From Limnothrix sp. BL-A-16 (GTDB taxonomy: Bacteria; Cyanobacteriota; Cyanobacteriia; CACIAM-69d): a stretch of 64,000 bases of DNA. Shown piece after piece: positions 55,098 to 64,000 of this stretch (its first letter is position 1; each line of letters begins with the position of its first letter). The stretch lies in assembly GCA_041937175.2 (NCBI GenBank), contig CP166615.1:1440001-1504000 (forward strand), given 5' to 3'. A program made the position numbers and the translations under genes. The notes under the pieces were generated by a model. The model made no database searches. It saw only the letters and a program-made list of their open reading frames with translations, and was not told where the DNA came from.

Positions 55098-57218
55098 ATG
55101 GCTGAAGACGAATCAAAGTCATGGTGGCCGCTGCTAAACCTACATTTTGAGTGTGTCTCTCTGAGGTTGTTTGTGAACCGCTGGCGTTGGAGTTGGAATC
55201 CGGCTCGCTGGAAAATTGCGCCCAAGCTGTCGGCGGCTTTGTTGGCTGCGTCGCTGCTGCCAATGAGTCTGACGGCGTTTTATAACCTTCGCCAAAGCCT
55301 GTATACGGTCAAAATGGCGGAGTATAAAAATCTGGAGCTGTTGGCAAAAAGTGTAGCGGCTCGACTGGATCAGTTGCTGATTGACACGCAACGGGTGGGG
55401 ATTCAGGTGGCTAGTGCCCGGGACATTGTGCAATTTGCGGGTTCGGTGGCGGCGAAAGAACCTCAGGAAAAACAGAATTATTGGCGAATTTTGGCGGCTG
55501 AAGCGATCGCGAATGTTCGCAACTCCAATCCTGATTATTTTTCAGTGTTTCTGCTCGATCGCACGGGACGTTGTTTGGTTTCAACGAATCCCAGCAACAT
55601 TGGCAAGTCCTACGCCTTTCGCAATTATTTCCAAGAAGCGCGCCAAGGCAAACTCTACATTTCGGAATGGACGGTGGGATCCACAACGGGTCAGCCGGGG
55701 ATTTTCCTTTCGGTGCCGGTGGTAGCTAAGGGCACGCGCAATCTGCTGGGCGTGGTGGTGATTAAGCTGCGATCGGAGGCAGTGGGCCGCTTGCTCACCA
55801 GCTTGAACCAAAAGGAAGGCGGCTCTGCTTTCTTGGTCGATCAAAACGGAATTGTGATTGCCCACACGGATCGGCGTTGGGTCTATCGCAGCTTGTTGCC
55901 TCTGTCGCCTATGCAGTTGCGCACGATCGACCCGAAAGTCCAGTTTGGTCTCGATCGAATTGAAAGTTTGAATTTGCCGGTGTTGGCGCGATCGCTGCAA
56001 TTGCCCTCCGCTCCCACGGCTGCATCCTCGGCGGTTCCACTGCCCTCCATTACGCCCGCCGCCACCGCCACCCCCAACCAGTCAACGATAGGCCTAGGCC
56101 CGTCATCCTTCGGCAACATTGCCTATCGATCGCCCTTTACGGGCAAAACGGAAATCGTGGGTATGTCGGCTTTGGATATGCGGCCCTGGCGTTTGGCTAT
56201 CACGGAGCCAGAGTCGGTTTTTGTCACGCCGCTGAATGCACTGGCCCATCGCACCACGGCCAGTGTGTTCCTGGTGGGGGGAGCGGTGGCCCTGCTGGCG
56301 CTGGCCCTGGCCCGGAGTATTGTGCGGCCCTTGCACTTGCTCACCCGTGCGGCTCAGGAATTGCGGATGGGGCAGTTTGACCGGGCCCATGTGGACATTC
56401 AGGGCACTGATGAGCTGGGTTTGTTGGCGGCCACCTTTAACCAAATGGTTTCCGGTTTGCGGGAACGGGAACGGGAGCTGAATATTTTTGGGCGAATGGT
56501 GTCGCCTGTGGTGCGCGAACAACTATTACGGGGTGGGGTGGAGCTAGGCGGGCAAACCTGCTGGGTTTCGGTGCTGTTTTCCGATATTCGGGGATTTTCG
56601 ACCCTTTCTGAGCAATTAGATCCCCAAGGGGTGGTGGAATTTTTAAATGAATATATGACGGCGATGACGGAGGCCGTTGCGCCTTGGGGTGGCTATATCA
56701 ATAACTTCATTGGCGATGCGATCGTGGTGGTCTTTGGCGCGCCCGTACCCCAGCCGGATGCGGAGTGGTGTGCGGTGTCGGCGGCGTTGGCCATGCGCGA
56801 TCGCCTGGCGGAGTTGAATGAACATCGGCGCGCCCGTGGCCAAGTACCGATCCAAAGCGGCATCGGCATTGGCACCGGTCAGGCGGTGGCGGGTCAAATT
56901 GGCTCGCTCGATCGCCTGATTTACACCGTGATTGGGGACGCGGTGAACATTGCCGCCCGCCTGGAAACCCTGACCAAACAGTTCCCGGACTATCCCATTT
57001 TGATTAATGAAACCACTGCCCAAGCCCTGCGTGACTATCCAGAGGTGGTGCTCCATTCTCTTGGCCCACAGCGCCTGAAAGGTCGCCATGAGCCGGTGGA
57101 GGTCTATGCACCAATGCGGGCCGAAAGTGTTGTGGGCAGCGGTTCGGCGCGATCGATTGATTTGGCAAGTGATCTGGCGGTCGATCGGCAACAACATCGC
57201 CAATCCGCCACCAGTTAA
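55098..57218 (+). CDS. Cache-HAMP class III nucleotidyl (adenylate/guanylate) cyclase
   Basis: TM-Cache-TM; HAMP (DELGLLAATFNQM); FSDIRGFS, FIGDA, YTVIGDAVNIAARLE, LKGR. Confidence 0.9.
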   Translation: MAEDESKSWWPLLNLHFECVSLRLFVNRWRWSWNPARWKIAPKLSAALLAASLLPMSLTAFYNLRQSLYTVKMAEYKNLELLAKSVAARLDQLLIDTQRVGIQVASARDIVQFAGSVAAKEPQEKQNYWRILAAEAIANVRNSNPDYFSVFLLDRTGRCLVSTNPSNIGKSYAFRNYFQEARQGKLYISEWTVGSTTGQPGIFLSVPVVAKGTRNLLGVVVIKLRSEAVGRLLTSLNQKEGGSAFLVDQNGIVIAHTDRRWVYRSLLPLSPMQLRTIDPKVQFGLDRIESLNLPVLARSLQLPSAPTAASSAVPLPSITPAATATPNQSTIGLGPSSFGNIAYRSPFTGKTEIVGMSALDMRPWRLAITEPESVFVTPLNALAHRTTASVFLVGGAVALLALALARSIVRPLHLLTRAAQELRMGQFDRAHVDIQGTDELGLLAATFNQMVSGLRERERELNIFGRMVSPVVREQLLRGGVELGGQTCWVSVLFSDIRGFSTLSEQLDPQGVVEFLNEYMTAMTEAVAPWGGYINNFIGDAIVVVFGAPVPQPDAEWCAVSAALAMRDRLAELNEHRRARGQVPIQSGIGIGTGQAVAGQIGSLDRLIYTVIGDAVNIAARLETLTKQFPDYPILINETTAQALRDYPEVVLHSLGPQRLKGRHEPVEVYAPMRAESVVGSGSARSIDLASDLAVDRQQHRQSATS

Positions 57219-57440
57219 CCCAGAAGAACCATCCAGGCGATCGGCCACACGATTTAGGGCAATAGCGGCCAGCGTTTCCCTTGCCAGAGTCGCCCCTAGA
57301 CCGGGTGGCTGCCTTAATTCGCTGGGTTAAATGACATGGCTGTTACCGTCACCTGATCGTTAAGCAGCAAGATGCTCAAGCCCCTTGTTACCACGACTGG
57401 CTCCGCAACTTTGACCCAATGTATTGAGCCTGTCATGCTA

Positions 57441-58220
57441 CTAGACCGGGTGGCGCAAAACGCGGATCAGCGTGCCCTGGGGTGGCAGATTCTCTGGCCG
57501 CAGGGTCATGGTTTCCGTGTTCAAGGTTTTGATGTCGTAGCCGCTCATCAAGTTCAAGAAAGCCTCTAGACCATCCAGATCACATTGGCTATCGGCGGCC
57601 GCCGTGCGGTACTGGCTGGGGATCACCACCTTGGGTTGCAACGACTCGATCGCCCGTTTTGCTTCCTCAGCGTTATAGGCCTTCGATCCGCCGCCCACCG
57701 GCACAATCGCCACATCGGGCCGCCCCATCAGAATTTTTTCTTCCACGCCCAAAGGAGCCGCAATGCCGCCCAAGTGCAGGACGGAGATGCCCCCCTGCTT
57801 CCAGCGCCAAACCACATTGTCGCCAAATCGCCGCCCCCCAAATCGATCGTGGGCGGTGCGAATGCCTTGGAATTGGTTACCGCGAAACTCAAATGTCCCC
57901 GGCTCAAACAGCAAACTGGGATTGCCCGGCAGGTTGCTGACAAATCCCTCATCAAGCAGTTGGCTGCTGATGGTTACGAGATCGGCGGTGAAGTTGGGCG
58001 ATCGATAACCGGCGGTGCAACCCAGCGTGTTGAAAGGATTACTCAGGATCCGTAGACCACCCCCGGTGAAGGCAAAGCAAGTGTGGCCCAAGGCCTGAAT
58101 CGTTAAGCCATCGGCGGCTTGGGCTGAAGTTGCATGGCTCCCGATCGCACTGGCCAGGGCGGCCCCTGCACCCATCAGGCCATATCGCAGAATTTGCCGC
58201 CGATTGATCCACCGATCCAT
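57441..58220 (-). CDS. Tat-exported MBL-fold metallo-hydrolase-like protein
   Basis: NRRQIL twin-arginine signal; LGHTCF, HDRFGGRRFG, HLGG, PVGG. Confidence 0.8.
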   Translation of the reverse strand: MDRWINRRQILRYGLMGAGAALASAIGSHATSAQAADGLTIQALGHTCFAFTGGGLRILSNPFNTLGCTAGYRSPNFTADLVTISSQLLDEGFVSNLPGNPSLLFEPGTFEFRGNQFQGIRTAHDRFGGRRFGDNVVWRWKQGGISVLHLGGIAAPLGVEEKILMGRPDVAIVPVGGGSKAYNAEEAKRAIESLQPKVVIPSQYRTAAADSQCDLDGLEAFLNLMSGYDIKTLNTETMTLRPENLPPQGTLIRVLRHPV

Positions 58221-58491
58221 AAAATTCCTCGCACCGTTTGAGATTGATTAGGGATTGAATTGATTAGAGACTGAGTTGATCTGAATTTGGATGGGAACTT
58301 CAGGGACGCTTTGGGATCTCGCGTTGAAAACTCCCTTTGGGAAACGCTCTGAAAACTCTTTGGATGAACTCTTTGCGTAAACTTTTGAGGTGAACTTTCT
58401 TGGGAACGCTTTGCGCACTCATCAACACGATCGAATCAACGTGATTGACCCGATCGACCGCAGAAACCAGGAGCCAGGATGCTCAGGATTC

Positions 58492-59112
58492 TTAGACCAA
58501 AGCGGCAGATTGGTGGAACTGGGCCACCGCCGTCAGCCAATTCGAGAGCAGTTGCTTACCGGCATTGGTCAGAATACTTTCGGGATGAAACTGAACCCCT
58601 TCAATGTGGGGATAGTCCCGATGGCGCACGCCCATAATGGTTCCGTCAGCCACCCAAGCGGTAATTTCTAACTGTTCCGGGCAGCTTTCGCGCTCAATGA
58701 CCAAACTATGATACCGAGTCGCGGTCATGGGGGATTCAATGCCTTGAAAGACTCCCATATTACGATGCTCGATCGGGGAGGTTTTGCCATGCATCAGTTC
58801 CGGCGCACGTACCACCTTGCCCCCAAATACTTGGCCGATACTTTGGTGACCCAAACAAACCCCAAACACCGGCAGAGTTGGCCCCAACTCCCGAATGATG
58901 TCTAGGGAAATTCCCGCTTCGTCCGGTGTGCCGGGGCCGGGCGAAATGGTGATGCCATCGGGCTTCAGTTCCCGAATTTGATCCAGGGTGATCTTATCGT
59001 TGCGAAAAACCTGAATATCCCGAGCGATCGGGTGGGTTTGGCCCAACTCGCCAAAGTATTGAACGAGGTTGTAGGTGAAACTGTCGTAGTTGTCGATGAC
59101 AAGGACGGTCAT
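58492..59112 (-). CDS. trpG: Anthranilate/aminodeoxychorismate synthase component II (TrpG/PabA)
   Basis: [34 protein letters not shown]. Confidence 0.92.
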   Translation of the reverse strand: MTVLVIDNYDSFTYNLVQYFGELGQTHPIARDIQVFRNDKITLDQIRELKPDGITISPGPGTPDEAGISLDIIRELGPTLPVFGVCLGHQSIGQVFGGKVVRAPELMHGKTSPIEHRNMGVFQGIESPMTATRYHSLVIERESCPEQLEITAWVADGTIMGVRHRDYPHIEGVQFHPESILTNAGKQLLSNWLTAVAQFHQSAALV

Positions 59113-59320
59113 GGCGGGCGATCGGGAAAGGATGCAGTGCCAGAAGCGATCGGGCGATCGCCATTCTGAACCTAGGGTTTAACTATACCGGCATCGGCTT
59201 CGATCGACACGGACTCTTTGGCCAGCGGCTCCGTAGATAAGGGCCCATCGCCCCCAGCGCCCAACCCTCCCGAACATCCGAGGCAATTGGTTTCCAGCCA
59301 GCCACCCACAGACGATCTGA

Positions 59321-59451
59321 GAGGATGTCTGAAAAGTATCTTTCGGCCCGAACTAAGCACCAATAGTCGTGGCAGCAAGGGGCTTAAGCCCCTTGTTTCC
59401 GTCGATCGCTGGAGCAAGCATTGTATTAATTTTGGCTTTTCAGACATCCTC
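59321..59451. mobile_element. MITE copy with perfect 16-bp TIRs and 3-bp TGA target duplication
   Basis: TGA|GAGGATGTCTGAAAAG ... CAAGGGGCTTAAGCCCCTTG ... CTTTTCAGACATCCTC|TGA. Confidence 0.88.
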
Positions 59452-59554
59452 TGAGATTGACACCAATTTCACGCCCCTCCTATTGCTTTGAATGCCTTGC
59501 CCAAAAACTTTGGCCATTCTCTTGCCAACAGTTCTCCTCGCCACCGTTTCAACG

Positions 59555-60022
59555 TCAGCGGCGACCTCCTGACGGCCACAATTTCCCGATCAACAAACCA
59601 ATCACAAACACTGCCAATTCATAACCACCGACCAGGCCCAACAACACCAGAAAAACCGCAAAAACACCCACAGCCGGATAGTCAACAACCATCTTTTTAG
59701 ATAAAAGTTGGGCGCGATATCGCTCATAGGATTGTGAATAGGCCTCCGGGGTGAGGGTTAAACCCTTTTGATAATCCTGTTGGCTCACCTTCAGAAATAA
59801 CTGGCTGAATCCTCCTGTCACGAGCAACAACACAATCAGCTTGGCCAAGAGCCGATTCCTAGTCGATGTTTGAAAAGTAATGGTGTTGGTGGCTGCAACC
59901 GTAACTGAATGATTGGCTGAATTGCTTGATGGATTATTTCCTGGATAATTTGTAGTATTTTCAGGAATGTTTTCGGGAGTATTTTCGGGCTGAGTCTCTG
60001 CGTTTGAGCGGTCATTCGTCAT
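59555..60022 (-). CDS. Hypothetical membrane protein
   Basis: Low-complexity N-terminus and two hydrophobic segments. Confidence 0.55.
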   Translation of the reverse strand: MTNDRSNAETQPENTPENIPENTTNYPGNNPSSNSANHSVTVAATNTITFQTSTRNRLLAKLIVLLLVTGGFSQLFLKVSQQDYQKGLTLTPEAYSQSYERYRAQLLSKKMVVDYPAVGVFAVFLVLLGLVGGYELAVFVIGLLIGKLWPSGGRR

Positions 60023-60178
60023 CGATCGATCCCCCCATCTTGATTCAACTGAGCGGTGAGCTGCTGAGTTGTCACATCGAGTCATCCTCTACGGTTATCC
60101 CCTGACCGCACAAAATTGGCCAAGCTTTTTAGAATGGGAGATGGTTCCCGCTCATCCTTGCCTCCTTGAAACAGTGCT

Positions 60179-60943
60179 ATGACCCTTGCCCTGCCTAATC
60201 CTCAGCCCCGATCGCCCATTTCCGATCGCCCGCCAGTTATTCAACTCTCCGAGATCTACAAAATCTATGGCAGCGACAACACCGAAGTGCGCGCCTTGAA
60301 TGGGGTCAACTTGGTGGTGGACAGTGGTGAATATTGCTCAATTATGGGCGCATCGGGTTCCGGCAAATCCACCATGATGAATGTGATTGGTTGCCTCGAT
60401 CGCCCCAGTTCCGGGCGCTATCGGCTTGATGGCATTGACGTGGCCGAACTGAACGAAAAAGACCTGGCCACGGTTCGCAATCGAAAGCTGGGGTTTGTGT
60501 TTCAGCAATTTCACCTGCTGCCCCAACTGAGTGCCCTGGAAAATGTCATGTTGCCGATGGTCTACGCGGGGGTGTCCAGTGGGGAGCGACGACAGCGGGC
60601 CTTGGACGCTTTGGGCCGAGTGGGTTTGGGGAATCGGGTGAATAATCGACCCAACCAACTGTCTGGGGGGCAGCAACAGCGGGTGGCCATTGCGCGCGCG
60701 ATTGTGAACCGCCCGATCGTACTGTTGGCCGACGAACCAACCGGCGCACTGGACACCAAAACCACCCAAGAAGTGCTGGATATTTTTGAAGAATTAAACC
60801 AAAGCGGCATGACCGTGGTGATGGTGACCCACGAACCGGAGGTGGCCCGTCGTACCCATCGTGTGGTTTGGTTTCGGGATGGGCAGGTTTTGCACGATCG
60901 CCTCCATCCCGAAGATTTGGGACAAGTGACCTCTGTTGCCTAA
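60179..60943 (+). CDS. ABC transporter ATP-binding protein (LolD/MacB-like)
   Basis: [42 protein letters not shown]. Confidence 0.93.
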   Translation: MTLALPNPQPRSPISDRPPVIQLSEIYKIYGSDNTEVRALNGVNLVVDSGEYCSIMGASGSGKSTMMNVIGCLDRPSSGRYRLDGIDVAELNEKDLATVRNRKLGFVFQQFHLLPQLSALENVMLPMVYAGVSSGERRQRALDALGRVGLGNRVNNRPNQLSGGQQQRVAIARAIVNRPIVLLADEPTGALDTKTTQEVLDIFEELNQSGMTVVMVTHEPEVARRTHRVVWFRDGQVLHDRLHPEDLGQVTSVA

Positions 60944-61018
60944 ACGTTTGAAAAGTCTGAAATCATCAGCGATCATCGGGACTCATCAAATCACGAAAAT
61001 CCCAAGAATCAACCTTCC

Positions 61019-61453
61019 CTAAATCTGAGGCTGAGGCTCCTCAAAAAGCTTTAGCCAAACTGCCAGTTCTGGAGGCATTACGCGCCGTTTTCGAGTCTCT
61101 TGGTCAATGCAAACATGGCGCGTGAATGCCTGGGCTGTGTGAAAGTCCCGCTGCGATCCTTCAAAGAAGAATTCATATTCACACCGAAATTCGCTTTCCT
61201 GGATCGCATAAACCCGCATCACAATTTCCAGGCGATCGCCACAGGACATGGGCTGAAAAAATTTCGCTCCCGTTTCCACGATCGGCATTACCCAAGGCTG
61301 CGATCGGCTGAAAAAATGTTTGGCATTAACCCCCGAAGCCATCAGCGAGGTTTCATAGACCTCGTGGGCCCATTCCAATAGCCGCGAAAAATACATTACC
61401 CCTGCGGCATCGGTTTCGCCAAAGCGAACGGTACGATGATAGGTAAAAGCCAT
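61019..61453 (-). CDS. Hotdog-fold acyl-CoA thioesterase (DHNA-CoA hydrolase-like)
   Basis: VRFGETDAAGVMYF, PIV, HVCID. Confidence 0.82.
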   Translation of the reverse strand: MAFTYHRTVRFGETDAAGVMYFSRLLEWAHEVYETSLMASGVNAKHFFSRSQPWVMPIVETGAKFFQPMSCGDRLEIVMRVYAIQESEFRCEYEFFFEGSQRDFHTAQAFTRHVCIDQETRKRRVMPPELAVWLKLFEEPQPQI

Positions 61454-61887
61454 GAATGATAGTTTGAATTGATCAACATGAATAATAAATTGAACTGCTT
61501 AAATTAAACGTCAACCTGAGTTGCTGTGGGATGACTAATGTTTAAGGGTGCGATCGCTGGGAGACTCGGATGGTTCGATCGGGGTGGCGGTCATGGAATT
61601 CACTCCGGATTTAACTGGCGAGGAAATTGGTTGAGCCAAGGGAATAGCCGCTGAGGAACAACAACTTCGGTGCGATCGCGCCCTTGTCCCTCATCGTATC
61701 GGCACTTTAGCGGCCTTAGGGGTTGACATTCCGTGGGTTTAGTATTGCTCAACTCATAAACTGCTACAGACTATAGAAAATCAGATTTTGAAGAAAGCAT
61801 AAGATATCTATCATTGCTTGAAACTGCATGATATGGTATTCAGAGCTAGCACTTCAAAAGTGTGTGTAAAAATGCAGGTAAGTAAGC

Positions 61888-62082
61888 ATGAATGAACTGC
61901 CAGAGCAAGACGCTGAAGATCTATATTCTCAATATCTACAGCAACAGCCGGTAGAAACGCAACAGGAAGGAGATGATCTAAAAGAATACCTTCTTGAAAT
62001 AGAAGAGCGATTGGATAAATTGGAAAATCAATTTGAAAAACTAGAAAATATAGTCAGGAAGATTGCTGGCAAGTTGAAATAG
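61888..62082 (+). CDS. Small coiled-coil hypothetical protein
   Basis: 64 aa with heptad pattern IEERLDKLENQFEKLE; AT-rich surroundings. Confidence 0.55.
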   Translation: MNELPEQDAEDLYSQYLQQQPVETQQEGDDLKEYLLEIEERLDKLENQFEKLENIVRKIAGKLK

Positions 62083-62130
62083 TTCTTGTGAAGCAATTCA
62101 TGATTTTGCGGGACAAGTATTGCCTAACTA

Positions 62131-62154
62131 GTAGGGTGGGCAATGTACACCTAC
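62131..62154. repeat. Degenerate GTAG-type REP
   Basis: GTAGGGTGGGCAATGTACACCTAC. Confidence 0.5.
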
Positions 62155-62250
62155 AGTCCATACTGAAGCAGTTTGATCATGTTTCGGGAACGGGTGATTA
62201 TTGTTTTGAGGATGATTGCTGCCCTGTTTGACCGATACCCTATTGTTACC

Positions 62251-62862
62251 CTACGATAAAACGCCGACCAGAATTGGCAATAGTGCCCCTAAATCGGCTG
62301 GGACTCGATATAGATTTAAATCTTGAATAACCTGGCTATTGATTCGATCGAACCGGCCAAATTGCCAAATCGTTCCCGTTGAAACAGCTCCGTAGAGCAG
62401 CGGTGCATCCGACTCTAGCCACCGATCGAGTGCAATCATCTCGATCGCCAATTGCAAAAATCCTCGCTCTAAATCTTCATTCTTCGCTTCAATTACCAAA
62501 AATCTCGTCTGAGTTTCTAATAAATAATCCAGTGATCCTTTCAGTTGTGGACTCACCACGATCGGGTATTCCACATTTAATGTCGCTTCGGTATAGTGCA
62601 ACACCTCCATCAATACCGGCGCAATCAAGAATTCCCGCCGTGCCATTTCGCTATTCAAGCTGATACGCGGCAAGCTTTCTAGGATGCGTGACTTTAAATC
62701 CCCCAGGCGATCGAGTTCTCCTGAATAGCAAGGAAGCGTTAGCAGTTGTCGATCGAGCGCCACATTAAAATAGCTCAAGATATCTTGAGGCGCAAAATTC
62801 AGCTTGAAATAATCCGCAAAGCTATAGGCGCGATCGGGCTGAATAATTGGTAGTTTGGGCAT
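62251..62862 (-). CDS. Hypothetical protein with PD-(D/E)xK nuclease-like motif
   Basis: SEMARREFLIAP, VEY, LDYLL...IEAK, Q, GAVSTGTIWQF. Confidence 0.65.
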   Translation of the reverse strand: MPKLPIIQPDRAYSFADYFKLNFAPQDILSYFNVALDRQLLTLPCYSGELDRLGDLKSRILESLPRISLNSEMARREFLIAPVLMEVLHYTEATLNVEYPIVVSPQLKGSLDYLLETQTRFLVIEAKNEDLERGFLQLAIEMIALDRWLESDAPLLYGAVSTGTIWQFGRFDRINSQVIQDLNLYRVPADLGALLPILVGVLS

Positions 62863-62918
62863 AATCTTGGGCGATTGACACTGGGGGCATTGATTTAAGG
62901 ATAGCCAGTTTCACCCAA

Positions 62919-63024
62919 CGATCGCCCCTTGCACCCTTGCTGTCGCTTTAAGCACCGTCCGCTGGACTTCCTAGAATAGAAGATAAGCACCGGAACGCTT
63001 TGAGAGGCTCGCACACCGTGGTTG
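62919..63024 (+). repeat. 106-bp direct repeat, copy 1
   Basis: Matches 63895-64000 with 4 mismatches by manual alignment. Confidence 0.92.
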
Positions 63025-63086
63025 CAACTGTCCCCAATCCTTACGAAGACCGCACCCAGTCGATCGCCTCATAAGCTACGGTTAAA

Positions 63087-63446
63087 ATGGCGCTGGACTT
63101 GCATGGGATGCGATTGCCTATGATTTCGCTACCGATCGAGTGGCCGACTGAGGCGATCGCGGCCTGGGGCGATCGCTGGTTGGTGTCTGAGTTATCGCTG
63201 TTTGGATCGATTTTGCGTCAGGATTTTCGTGCGGATAGTGATATCGATTGTCTTGTCTCGTTCAGACCCGAGGCAGATTGGAGCCTACTCGACCATTTGC
63301 AAATGCAGCAGGAGTTAATCGAGATTTTGAGACGAGATGTGGATCTGGTGAGTAAACGGGCGATCGATCGTAGTCAGAACTGGCTCCGCCGCCAGGAAAT
63401 TCTTTCTACTGCCCAAGTCATTTACACAGGGCCGGTTTATGCCTAG
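63087..63446 (+). CDS. Minimal nucleotidyltransferase antitoxin (MntA-like; start may be 63120)
   Basis: FGSILRQDFRADSDID (GSx10DxD), RDVDLV. Confidence 0.88.
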   Translation: MALDLHGMRLPMISLPIEWPTEAIAAWGDRWLVSELSLFGSILRQDFRADSDIDCLVSFRPEADWSLLDHLQMQQELIEILRRDVDLVSKRAIDRSQNWLRRQEILSTAQVIYTGPVYA

Positions 63447-63771
63447 CCAGCGTGATCAACAAGTGCTTCTAGATATTGTTCGATCGGCAAATAAAATCAT
63501 CGAGTTTATCCAGGGACTTGATCGATCTAGCTTCCTAGCTGATGAAAAGACACAATCCGCTGTTATCTTTCAACTGCTGATTATCGGAGAAGCAACTAAG
63601 CGCCTATCTAGGGAATTTAGAGAGGAGTCTCAGCAAGTTCCTTGGGGATTAATGGCAGGAATGCGAGACAAGTTAATCCATGACTATGATGATATTGATA
63701 GCGAGGAAGTTTGGAGAACGGCGAGCCATGATATTCCAAATTTATTGCCCTTAATTGAATCACTAAATTAA
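63439..63771 (+). CDS. HEPN (DUF86/HepT-like) RNase toxin
   Basis: IIGEA and GMRDKLIHDY (Rx4HxY); overlaps the MNT stop. Confidence 0.9.
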   Translation: MPSQRDQQVLLDIVRSANKIIEFIQGLDRSSFLADEKTQSAVIFQLLIIGEATKRLSREFREESQQVPWGLMAGMRDKLIHDYDDIDSEEVWRTASHDIPNLLPLIESLN

Positions 63772-63894
63772 ACTCTATGGCTTTTAAAATCCTGCAATTC
63801 AGTAATTCAGTGATTTTCTGGGCCTGGCAACGGGTCAAATGATTGGGTGCTGCATTAGGAGTTCTAGCCATTCGGACATCGCGATCGTCTCAAT

Positions 63895-64000
63895 CGATCG
63901 CCCCTTGCCCCCTTGCTGTCGCTTTAAGCACCGTGCGTTGGACTTCCTAGAATGGAAGATAAGCACCGGAACGCTTTGAGAGGCTCGCACACCGTGGTTG
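63895..64000 (+). repeat. 106-bp direct repeat, copy 2 (runs to the window edge)
   Basis: Same sequence as 62919-63024. Confidence 0.92.

Noticed and set aside
1..64000. tRNA/rRNA genes, integrases, phage or cas genes
   Set aside because: None recognised by eye; the abundant GCGATCGC is ordinary cyanobacterial HIP1.

Overview
Cyanobacterial chromosomal window; the HIP1 octamer GCGATCGC is very abundant, and the filamentous-type gene content is my inference. Most of it is core or housekeeping genes (argJ, trpC, pstSCAB, dnaK, trmD, ycf39, NAD kinase, proA, HU, dacB, futB, hpsP, ruvB, trpG/pabA, thioesterase) mixed with several multi-domain signalling proteins. The most notable accessory features are: (1) a 182-bp IS200/IS605 mini-element that has lost almost all of tnpB but keeps a promoter-like motif and an omega/reRNA-like scaffold, whose would-be guide matches the upstream region of the neighbouring gene; (2) a co-oriented trio of a cNMP-binding-domain/SLC13 transporter, an orphan periplasmic binding protein and a Cache-HAMP class III cyclase with an atypical specificity residue; (3) a modular MITE family with a central palindrome that appears to be its own insertion or recombination site; (4) an RTX/Calx-beta surface protein with a compositionally foreign central block; (5) an MNT-HEPN toxin-antitoxin pair bracketed by a 106-bp direct repeat that starts at HIP1 cores. 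All assignments come from reading motifs by eye. No database searches were run.
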